Part shown: positions 1-7,426 of the stretch, piece by piece | How positions within the stretch are numbered: position 1 is the first letter of the stretch | Layout of the letters: each line of letters begins with the position of its first letter | Program-made: the position numbers and the translations under genes | Notes under the pieces: generated by a model | The model's input: the letters and a program-made list of their open reading frames with translations, nothing else | What the model was told of the DNA's origin: nothing | Databases searched by the model: none | From: an uncultured Clostridia bacterium | GTDB taxonomy: Bacteria > Bacillota > Clostridia > Christensenellales > UBA1242 | Reading direction: 5' to 3' | Assembly: GCA_934747885.1 (NCBI GenBank) | Contig: CAKVHE010000001.1 | Coordinates: 445,584-509,583, forward strand | Length of the DNA: 64,000 bases

Positions 1-296
1 GCATCGCGCAAAACTTTTACGACCGCCTTACAAAGGACGGCGCCACAAAAAAATTTCACGAATTTAGTTATTACTATATAGCGGAACCAGCAAATGCCGA
101 CCAAATTAACGAAAATAACTACACCAGGCAAGAAAACGATAAAGGCGTTATAAAAACTTTGCAATTTGTTTGGCTAACCAAAGAGGAATTTAAAAAGGTG
201 CCGTTTAGACCACAATTTGCCGCCAACCTACTCTCTTCCAATCGACCATTGCATATAATAAATAGAGGCGACGAAGCCGAAATTGCCGAAATGTAA
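1..296 (+). CDS. 3' end of a CDS cut by the window edge; product unknown
   Basis: Reading frame open from base 3 to TAA at 294-296 (...FVWLTKEEFKKVPFRPQF...AEIAEM*). It is missing from the ORF track because no start lies in the window. No family recognised. Confidence 0.4.
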   Translation, partial: IAQNFYDRLTKDGATKKFHEFSYYYIAEPANADQINENNYTRQENDKGVIKTLQFVWLTKEEFKKVPFRPQFAANLLSSNRPLHIINRGDEAEIAEM

Positions 297-495
297 AAAA
301 TTTATCCCAAAATTATGAGGCAAAAATGTTGAAAATAACCACCGCTTGTGTTACAATACCTTTTGTGCACCGCGGTGGCAAACTTTTGACATAAACCCAC
401 TACGCTTTTTAGCGCACGGTCTTTTTGCCAAAACTCTGGCAGATAGCTCCCGCCAACCTTTGAACAAAACATTACAAAATTTCATAAAACTTTAC

Positions 496-571
496 GCTCG
501 TGTGGCTCAGTTGGTAGAGCAGCTGATTCGTAATCAGCAGGTCAGCGGTTCGAGTCCGCTCACGAGCTCCA
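496..571 (+). tRNA. tRNA-Thr (anticodon CGU)
   Basis: Cloverleaf folded by hand: acceptor GCTCGTG/CACGAGC, D arm GCTC..GAGC, anticodon stem GCTGA/TCAGC with loop TTCGTAA, T arm AGCGG-TTCGAGT-CCGCT, encoded CCA. Confidence 0.9.
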
Positions 572-583
572 AGTGCGATTTAA

Positions 584-609
584 GAAAAGCCTTATTGGCT
601 TTTCTTTTT
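584..609 (+). terminator. Rho-independent terminator after tRNA-Thr
   Basis: Hairpin GAAAAGCC-ttatt-GGCTTTTC followed by a T-run. Confidence 0.7.
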
Positions 610-854
610 GTTTACAATCAAATTAAAACCGGCGACTTGACGATATTGCTACGCGGTGATATTTTTGCTGGCGCAAAGACCTTTTATTTTTGTCCTACGT
701 CCCTACTTGTGCATCAAAAATACACAAGACAGTATACAAGATGTTATAAATTAAGAAATTGCAATGCGGGTGCGGAATGTGGTATAATCAATATAGCAAG
801 TTTAATAAATAAGCAACTTGGTGCCAAGCATCAAAAATTCACTTTGGAGAGAAT

Positions 855-1034
855 ATGAAAAACTTTTTTATTATTCACGGCAGTTTTGGAAACAGCAAAG
901 AACATTATTTACCTTGGCTAAAAAGCAAGCTAGAAAAATTGGGCGAAGTTGTTTGCGAAGACTTCCCTATTGGCATTGGGACTTGGACTATTTCAAAAGC
1001 AAATTATGATAAAGACATCAAAGGTTTGATGTAA
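855..1034 (+). pseudogene. Truncated N-terminal fragment (59 aa) of a YdeN/RBBP9-type serine hydrolase
   Basis: MKNFFIIHGSFGNSKEHYLPWLKSKLEKLGEVV... resembles the start of roughly 190-aa alpha/beta serine hydrolases, then diverges and stops. It keeps its own extended -10 (TGTGGTATAAT) and a GGAGA RBS. AT-rich DNA follows directly. Confidence 0.5.
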
Positions 1035-1216
1035 CAGATAAAAGAACATTAGCGGTTCTTTTGTTTTTGATGGCAAATATGCCATTAGTTCATCCTACTT
1101 ACAATGAAAACATTTATAACATATATTTAGATAAGATATTTACTAATGCATCATATCGAGATGATTGGAATAAATTCTTAGAAGATATAGAAAATAGTTA
1201 AAGGCGAATAATAAAA

Positions 1217-2245
1217 ATGAGTAAATATTATGACAATATTAGCAAAGAAATAAAAGATTATTTTGAAATTTTAGAACCAAATTTCCCAGAATGGTTAAAT
1301 GAATATATAGATACAAAAGAATTATTATCACAGCAATTTATTAGTGTTACTTGTGGCACTATATATTCAGACTTGTTTGAAAGCGATTTTTTCTTTTCAA
1401 GTCTAGACCATTCTGTTGCAGTCGCTTTAATTGTTTGGCATTTTACACATGATAAAAAACAAACTTTGTCTGGATTATTTCACGATATAGCAACACCTGC
1501 ATTTAAGCATTGTATAGATTTTCTTAATGGAGATTATATCACTCAAGAATCAACAGAAGATTTGACAACAGAAATAATAAAAAATTCAAAAGAAATTACA
1601 ACCTTATTAAAAAGAGATAATATTAAAATATCAGAAATAGATAATTATCATTTATATCCTATTGCTGATAATGATACACCTAAATTATCTGCTGATAGAT
1701 TAGAATATTCACTATCAAATGCTTTATTTACTTATAGATTATTAGATGCAGAAATCATTAAAGAAATATATGATGATATTGAAATACAAACTAACGAAGA
1801 AAAAGAAATTGAATTAGGATTTAAAACTAAAAAAATTGCTAGAACCTTTGTTAAGGTTACGAGCCAATTATCCATTATATATCGTGAAGATAGAACTAGA
1901 TATTCTATGCAACTAATTGCTGATATTCTAAAAAAAATAAGTGATGAAAACAAAATTTCTAAAAAGGATTTATATGAATTAAAAGAAAGTGAAGTAATAG
2001 ATATTATAGAATCTTCTAAATATAATGATATTTTTAATATTTGGAGAAATGCTAAAAAAGTAAAAACATCAAAAGAAGAACCTCAAAATGTTTATTATGT
2101 ACATCATGGAGCAAAGATTAGATATATTGATCCACTATTTAATGGTGAAAGGATTTCAAAGTGTTGTAAAATTGCTAACAAAATGATAGAAAATAATTTA
2201 TCTTACGATATGAATAATTATGTATATTTAGATTTTAATTTCTAA
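1217..2245 (+). CDS. HD-domain phosphohydrolase (family unassigned)
   Basis: H...HD...H...D pattern: LDHSVAVAL..., GLFHDIATPAFKH, LSADRLEYSL (this last resembles the DRLDY motif of SAMHD1/dGTPase-type HD enzymes). The gene is very AT-rich compared with its flanks. Confidence 0.7.
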   Translation: MSKYYDNISKEIKDYFEILEPNFPEWLNEYIDTKELLSQQFISVTCGTIYSDLFESDFFFSSLDHSVAVALIVWHFTHDKKQTLSGLFHDIATPAFKHCIDFLNGDYITQESTEDLTTEIIKNSKEITTLLKRDNIKISEIDNYHLYPIADNDTPKLSADRLEYSLSNALFTYRLLDAEIIKEIYDDIEIQTNEEKEIELGFKTKKIARTFVKVTSQLSIIYREDRTRYSMQLIADILKKISDENKISKKDLYELKESEVIDIIESSKYNDIFNIWRNAKKVKTSKEEPQNVYYVHHGAKIRYIDPLFNGERISKCCKIANKMIENNLSYDMNNYVYLDFNF

Positions 2246-2265
2246 TAATAAAGGGTATAAGAATT

Positions 2266-2307
2266 CCCCTACTAGAATTTATTCGGGAGTATAAATTCTA
2301 GTAGGGG
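2266..2307 (+). terminator. Strong hairpin terminator after the HD gene
   Basis: 15-bp perfect arms CCCCTACTAGAATTT / AAATTCTAGTAGGGG with a 12-nt loop. Confidence 0.6.
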
Positions 2308-2372
2308 CTAGACATAGATTTTATTCCCATATTAAAAAAATACAAAAATTGTATATAATTTATGCCCAAACA

Positions 2373-2451
2373 GCGCCCTCACTATTGGGGGCTTCTGTTT
2401 TGCGGTTTTTAACAAAATGTGTAAGTTTTCCACAGTGGTCTGCGGAAATTG
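2373..2451 (+). repeat. Cassette-junction repeat, copy A
   Basis: CCCTCACTATTGGGGG hairpin, T-run, then GCGGTTTTTAACAAAATGTGTAAGTTTTCCACAGTGGTCTGCGGAAATTG. Near-identical to the copies at 3111 and 5934. Confidence 0.85.
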
Positions 2452-2599
2452 CGACAATTGGAAAATGTTTTGGGCAGCAAGTTGCTTATAAAGTAATATA
2501 GATAAAGGAAATTTGTATACTCTTATCGAATTAAAAGTTATACAAGCTTATTGATGTAAAGACTTTACTCAAAAGTTTGATGTTTGATAGGAGTTACAA

Positions 2600-3103
2600 A
2601 TGATTGATTTAGATGTAAACGACAGTCTGCAAGTTAGGCAACAATTTTTTAAGGAACTAGAAAAATACTTCAACCTAAATTATCCAGAGTTCACAATCAC
2701 CAACAAAAAAGTTGAATGGTTTGCAATTTCACGCAAACACGACTTGCCTATTGGCAAAATTATGGTAAACGCGCGAGTGGAAGACGGGCATTTGCATGAC
2801 ATTAGCGTTTTTATTCCTGGCAAAACAGCAAAAATAATTTTTGACGAACTTTTTATGCAAAAAGAAAGGTTAGAAAGTTTTGTCGGTCACCCGCTTTGTT
2901 TTGACCGCAACAATAACAAAGACGCAGCCAGAATTGGGCAGTTTAGCAAATACTCTACCAAACTGGACGCGTCAGCAGTTGCAATAAATAAAGATGCCCT
3001 ACTCAATTTTGATTTAAAGGTGGAACAAGTTGCAAAAGAACTGGTAAAACTTTACGACGTCTTTATGCCAAAAGTTACCCGCATTGTAAACACTTCTCTT
3101 TAA
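2600..3103 (+). CDS. Hypothetical protein (DUF4268-like by recollection)
   Basis: 167-aa ORF with a GGAG RBS 8 nt upstream of the ATG. Junction repeat B follows its stop directly. The family call is weak. Confidence 0.6.
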   Translation: MIDLDVNDSLQVRQQFFKELEKYFNLNYPEFTITNKKVEWFAISRKHDLPIGKIMVNARVEDGHLHDISVFIPGKTAKIIFDELFMQKERLESFVGHPLCFDRNNNKDAARIGQFSKYSTKLDASAVAINKDALLNFDLKVEQVAKELVKLYDVFMPKVTRIVNTSL

Positions 3104-3110
3104 TTTTTAA

Positions 3111-3232
3111 CGCCCCCACTATTGGGGGCTTTTATTTTGCGGTTTTTAACAAAATGTGTAAGTTTTCCACAGTGGGATGTGGATAAGAACCAAGTTTGTT
3201 AAAAACTGTTTTGTAATAATTTGCTATATTGG
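3111..3232 (+). repeat. Cassette-junction repeat, copy B (long form)
   Basis: CCCCCACTATTGGGGG hairpin plus GCGGTTTTTAACAAAATGTGTAAGTTTTCCACAGTGGGATGTGGATAA, then the extension ...GTTAAAAACTGTTTTGTAATAATTTGCTATATTGG that it shares with copy D. Confidence 0.85.
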
Positions 3233-3321
3233 CAAAATAATTTATCGCAAATAAGAGTTTAGAACGCGTTTGCACGACAGGTTCTTTGCACGCAGATAGT
3301 TTGCGCGCGCGAGGACTACAA

Positions 3322-3379
3322 TTGCCGATATCGGCAATCTTTTAGGTGTTTATAGTTGCATTTTTGCCGATATCGGCAA
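3322..3379. promoter_or_regulatory. Two copies of the perfect 16-bp palindrome TTGCCGATATCGGCAA (putative operator pair)
   Basis: Exact palindromes at 3322-3337 and 3364-3379, centres 42 bp apart. A half-site GATATCGG recurs inside the spacer of the downstream promoter. Confidence 0.6.
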
Positions 3380-3453
3380 AAATTTTACACCTACCTATCC
3401 TTGAAAAATCCTAACACTTAATTGTGTAATAAAAAAAAGTGTGGTAATAAACA

Positions 3454-3481
3454 TTGACATTTAAGATATCGGTGTTACAAT
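3454..3481 (+). promoter_or_regulatory. Sigma-A-type promoter
   Basis: TTGACA (3454-3459), 16-nt spacer, TACAAT (3476-3481). Confidence 0.55.
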
Positions 3482-3489
3482 GCCAGCAT

Positions 3490-3530
3490 AAAGGTTGAAG
3501 AAATTTATTTTCTCCAACCTTTTGCATTTT
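3490..3530 (+). terminator. Terminator-like hairpin in the 5' leader (possible attenuator)
   Basis: AAAGGTTGAAGAA-loop-TTCTCCAACCTTT followed by TGCATTTT. It lies between the promoter and the first start codon. An inverted copy of the same hairpin sits at 24078-24111. Confidence 0.5.
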
Positions 3531-3595
3531 AAAAGGGAGTAAATTATGAAAATTAAAAACAAATCAACTGACAAATTGCGCAAGGAGGTGTTATA

Positions 3596-3871
3596 ATGGG
3601 TGCAGGCGGCGTTCCAAATAGAGGAGTTGAAATTACCGAAGCTAATAGTCTAGAAAAGACTGGCCATCCTAATTCAAAAGTATTACGATATAAGAATGGT
3701 AAATTAAAACAAGCTAGATGGTATGATAACGAAGGAAGAGCAATCCGCAATCGAGATTATGCTCACTCTGGAACTATGGATTTCCCACACGACCATGATT
3801 GGGACTGGAGCAGTGGTGAAGCAATTCGTGGCGAAGAGCATTTACAACCAGATTATAAAAACTATAATTAG
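3596..3871 (+). CDS. Small hypothetical protein with a YD-repeat-like motif and a His/Asp/Trp-rich motif
   Basis: AGGAGG RBS. The 91-aa product contains RWYDNEGRAIRNRDYAHSG and FPHDHDWDW. Its ATG overlaps the stop of a 16-codon upstream ORF (TAATG). Confidence 0.55.
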   Translation: MGAGGVPNRGVEITEANSLEKTGHPNSKVLRYKNGKLKQARWYDNEGRAIRNRDYAHSGTMDFPHDHDWDWSSGEAIRGEEHLQPDYKNYN

Positions 3872-3881
3872 GGGGTCAAAT

Positions 3882-5066
3882 ATGACAAAAAAAATTACAG
3901 AATACGAAAAAAACAAACAAGCTAAAAAACAACTACTTGTAAGAAATGAATTTTTGTATCACAAAAACTCTGACGGAAAGTATGATTTTCCAATTATAAA
4001 GAAACAAGATATAGATATTAAAAAGATCAAATTTTTAAGTTATACCGATTGCAAACTGAACGATGGAGCAAACAAAGATAAAACCATACACTTTTTTACA
4101 TATGATTGGAAATTTGAAAAAGTTTATGAGGAACCTAGCAGTGAATTAGAAAAATTAAGTCAATATTACTGCGTATTAAGTCCCGATTTTAGCATTTTCA
4201 CCAATATGCCATTGGCATTACAAATTGAAAGTATTTTTAAAAATAGATGGTGCGGTGCCTATTTCCAAAGTAAAGGTATAAGAGTTATCCCCACAATTAG
4301 TTGGGGAGATGAAAAATCTTTTGATTTTTGTTTTGATGGTATCGAAGAGGGATCAACTGTTGCTGTTTGCACTTACTATCGCGAAAACTGCGAAGATGAT
4401 TTTATGCCTGGCTATAATGAAATGATAAAAAGAATAAAGCCCCGTCAAATTATTTGTTATGGCGAACCATTTAAAAGCATGAAAGGAAATATCGTCGAAT
4501 TTTTGCCAACGACGTATGAATGGACCCGAGAACTGTCTTGGGACGACCTGGCGCGATTTAAGTGGGAAAAGCAGCATTTAAATATATGCGGGCTAAATAA
4601 ATCTGATTTTAAGTATTTTGATTACGACGACCCCTATGCACTTGATCAACTAAAAAAGTGTGACGTTTGTGGCAAAATTGTTGCCACCGATCAATACGGC
4701 AATGGTAAATGCAAAAACTGTGGGTGGCACAACAACCATTCGGCAAACAAATTTCCAAACTCTGTCGAGTACCCCAATATGGTTTCTTTAACCAAGGCAA
4801 GGGCACAATTTGCCGCCAATCAACCATTTTCGCCTAGTTTTGAAGATTTTGTTGAAGCGTTAACAAAATACAGCGAAATGGAACTGGAATATAATGGTAC
4901 TACTTTTTATGTTTATTTCTTTAGCGGCAAGCAGGTTGCGTTTGGGTGCAAAAATTTTGAAAAGCGCTATTTAAACCTGCAAGATTTTATTGAGCATGCA
5001 AGCATTAACAACGCTTTACTAAAAGACATTTGGAAAGAGATAAAAAACGCCAATTATATGTCATAA
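3882..5066 (+). CDS. DUF4417-like N-terminal domain fused to a CxxC...CxxCGW zinc-ribbon C-terminal module
   Basis: Start moved to the ATG at 3882 (GGGGG RBS) because the track's upstream extension overlaps the previous ORF. IHFFTYDWKFEKV...SPDFSIF...IRVIPTISWGDE matches my recollection of DUF4417. The C-terminal half is paralogous to 5247-5921. Confidence 0.65.
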   Translation: MTKKITEYEKNKQAKKQLLVRNEFLYHKNSDGKYDFPIIKKQDIDIKKIKFLSYTDCKLNDGANKDKTIHFFTYDWKFEKVYEEPSSELEKLSQYYCVLSPDFSIFTNMPLALQIESIFKNRWCGAYFQSKGIRVIPTISWGDEKSFDFCFDGIEEGSTVAVCTYYRENCEDDFMPGYNEMIKRIKPRQIICYGEPFKSMKGNIVEFLPTTYEWTRELSWDDLARFKWEKQHLNICGLNKSDFKYFDYDDPYALDQLKKCDVCGKIVATDQYGNGKCKNCGWHNNHSANKFPNSVEYPNMVSLTKARAQFAANQPFSPSFEDFVEALTKYSEMELEYNGTTFYVYFFSGKQVAFGCKNFEKRYLNLQDFIEHASINNALLKDIWKEIKNANYMS

Positions 5067-5100
5067 TTAACTTCTATATTAAATTGATAACCTTCCCTAT

Positions 5101-5188
5101 TTTTAACCAAACTTACAAGTACTCCACAGTGAGATGTGGAAAAAGGCAAGTTTTTTAAAAACTATTTTGTAATGATTTGCTATATTGG
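5101..5188 (+). repeat. Cassette-junction repeat, copy D (divergent, lacks the hairpin)
   Basis: TTTTAACCAAACTTACAAGTACTCCACAGTGAGATGTGGAAAA...AAAAACTATTTTGTAATGATTTGCTATATTGG aligns with the second half of copy B. Confidence 0.7.
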
Positions 5189-5246
5189 ACGAAATAAGTT
5201 ATAACAAAATAGACATATAATTTGGGTTGGCGTGAGGAATTGCAGA

Positions 5247-5921
5247 ATGCACAACGAAAACAACTACAACAAAATGGAACCATCCAACAATTTTAAAACT
5301 GAATTTGGAAAACTTGACCAGTTTTTGCCAAACGAACTTTCTTATGAGCAAAAACTGAATTTGCTAAAAAATTTGCTTTCGGCTGACGACCTGGCGCGAT
5401 TTAAATGGGAAAAGCAGCATTTGAATGTATGCGGGCTAAACAAATCTGATTTTAAGTATTTTGATTACGACGACCCCTATGCAAAAGATCAAAGCGTTAA
5501 GTGCTCAATATGTGGCAAACTGGCGTTTAAGGATCAATACGGCAATGGCGAATGCAAAAACTGTGGGTGGCAATTTAGCCGCGACGAAGAAGAGCTTGAA
5601 AAAACTGCGGGCATAAGTTATCCAATGTTAGTAACCCCCACCACGGCGCGAGAACAATACAAAAAGGGGTTACCATTTAAGGCAACCTTTAAGGAATTTG
5701 TAAACGGCTTGTATTATTATAGTGAAATGCTATTTGAATATAAAAATGTAATGTATGAGGTGTTTTTTGGAGAAAATGACAACATAATTTTATGCTCAAA
5801 AGATATGCAAAACGAATACACTTCACGAGCAGACTTTGAAGCCAATGCCAATATTGATGGCATCCTATTAAAAGATTTATGGAATGATGTGAGTTTTGCC
5901 GGCTTTATGTACTGCGGTTAA
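5247..5921 (+). CDS. Hypothetical protein, paralogue of the C-terminal module of 3882-5066
   Basis: Start set to the ATG at 5247 (GAGGA RBS 9 nt upstream). It shares WEKQHLN.CGLNKSDFKYFDYDDPYA, C..CGK....DQYGNG.CKNCGW and the downstream region with the neighbouring gene. Confidence 0.65.
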   Translation: MHNENNYNKMEPSNNFKTEFGKLDQFLPNELSYEQKLNLLKNLLSADDLARFKWEKQHLNVCGLNKSDFKYFDYDDPYAKDQSVKCSICGKLAFKDQYGNGECKNCGWQFSRDEEELEKTAGISYPMLVTPTTAREQYKKGLPFKATFKEFVNGLYYYSEMLFEYKNVMYEVFFGENDNIILCSKDMQNEYTSRADFEANANIDGILLKDLWNDVSFAGFMYCG

Positions 5922-5933
5922 TTGCCTTTTGCG

Positions 5934-6012
5934 CAGCCCCCACTATTGGGGGCTTTTGTTTTGCGGTTTTTAACAAAATGTGTAAGTTTTCCATAGTGGG
6001 CTGTGGAAATTG
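5934..6012 (+). repeat. Cassette-junction repeat, copy C
   Basis: CCCCCACTATTGGGGG hairpin plus GCGGTTTTTAACAAAATGTGTAAGTTTTCCATAGTGGGCTGTGGAAATTG. Confidence 0.85.
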
Positions 6013-6224
6013 TTGATGTTTTGCTTGCGTTTAATAGGTGTTTACAAATGGCTTAAACTATTGGCGGACAAAGTCTTTCCTTATATGTGCGCTACTGGAC
6101 AAGCAATGTGTTGACTTTCTTTATTATTTTGCGAACGCGCAGGCAGAATAAAATAATTTTGGCAATTTGTTTGGGCAGGTTGGCAAAAGCGGTAAAGTGT
6201 GGTAAAATATGTATGGAGAATTTT

Positions 6225-7364
6225 ATGACAAAAACAATAGGGCGCAAAATAGATTTTGAGTATTACTCACTTGATGACAAAGAAAAAATTGATTTTTTTG
6301 CCAGTCATGGTTATTTGCCAAATACCACCGACCCAAGCGAAAAGTTTAAGCCAAGCAAAGATTTAGATTTTGAGCGGTTTATGTACCTACCATCCAAACT
6401 AAGAGATGTAACGGGTGCAAGTTCAAAGGCGTTTGTCCGCGTTAAGGCAGACACCATTCCAGACTATGACAAACTGACCACAAAAAGCGCTTATGTTACC
6501 TACCTTGACGGCGTAAAAAAACAAGATCGTCCAAAAAATATTTCCTGCTTGTTAAAACGCACATTTTTTCCTTATAGCGCCTTTGAAGAGGCGGCAAGCC
6601 GTAGTTTGAACGCACTTGACATTCCTACCGTGTTTAATAGCCTAGTAGCCGACCCATTTTCGGGTGAACCTTCTACTTGCCTGTCGGTGGACTGCGTAAA
6701 GCAAAATGAACAAATTTATAGTTTGCTTGACCTGACCAATTATGATTGTTCCATACTTGAACCTTTAAGTTACTGGCACAAAATTTTGGACTACGCCCTT
6801 TTGCGTCAGCAAGCGCAACAAGCGGACGGATACGAAATGGCTAACAAACTTGACGAAAAATCAGTAAAGGCCATAAAATCTGCACTTTGCGAGCAATATT
6901 TTGCTCAACTGTATCTATTAAACAATTTAGATTACAGTGCGTTTAATGCCTGCATTATTTGCAAAACCGAAACGCAAAACGGCATCACCACCACCCATAG
7001 TCCACGCCTTGGACCCGCTATGGACTTTGAGTCTTGCGCCAGTTTGCTTTTTGATGAAGCAGAAACATCCGGCAATATTGAAAGCGTCAACATAATTGAT
7101 GCGCAGGAACGATTTAAGTCAGGTCTAGGCGATAATATTCGTTACTTTTTAAGCGAGTACCCTACCGAAGCAGAAAAATTTTTAAGTTGTTTAAAAACGT
7201 GCATTAACGAAAACAAACTTGCACGGCTTGCACCTACCGGTGACGACGAAGTCAACCTAACCTTGCGCCAATTTTACACTCTCATAAACAACAACTGCAA
7301 AGAATTGTGCGCGTCTATTGAAAAAGAAAAGGCGCTAATGGAACTTGGCATCGAAAACGAATAA
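6225..7364 (+). CDS. Hypothetical protein (379 aa), no family recognised
   Basis: Extended -10 TGTGGTAAAAT at 6198-6208, GGAGA at 6215-6219, ATG at 6225. The track's longer N-terminus would run through the promoter. Confidence 0.6.
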   Translation: MTKTIGRKIDFEYYSLDDKEKIDFFASHGYLPNTTDPSEKFKPSKDLDFERFMYLPSKLRDVTGASSKAFVRVKADTIPDYDKLTTKSAYVTYLDGVKKQDRPKNISCLLKRTFFPYSAFEEAASRSLNALDIPTVFNSLVADPFSGEPSTCLSVDCVKQNEQIYSLLDLTNYDCSILEPLSYWHKILDYALLRQQAQQADGYEMANKLDEKSVKAIKSALCEQYFAQLYLLNNLDYSAFNACIICKTETQNGITTTHSPRLGPAMDFESCASLLFDEAETSGNIESVNIIDAQERFKSGLGDNIRYFLSEYPTEAEKFLSCLKTCINENKLARLAPTGDDEVNLTLRQFYTLINNNCKELCASIEKEKALMELGIENE

Positions 7365-7395
7365 CGCGACCCCTTTACAATTTATTTTTTGCAAC

Positions 7396-7426
7396 AAAAA
7401 AGGCTTTCTAATTGAAAGCCTTTTTA
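7396..7426. terminator. Bidirectional terminator between convergent genes
   Basis: AGGCTTTC-taatt-GAAAGCCT flanked by an A-run and a T-run. Confidence 0.7.

Noticed and set aside
346-1009. Track ORFs 346-858 and 818-1009
   Set aside because: The first runs straight through tRNA-Thr and its terminator. The second is out of frame with the better-supported 855-1034 hydrolase fragment, which has a promoter and RBS. Both treated as spurious.
2373-6012. Junction repeats as integron attC sites
   Set aside because: There is no integron integrase in the window. The repeat lacks the RYYYAAC/GTTRRRY core-site pair and the imperfect long palindrome of attC. It looks like a terminator hairpin plus a separate short palindrome.
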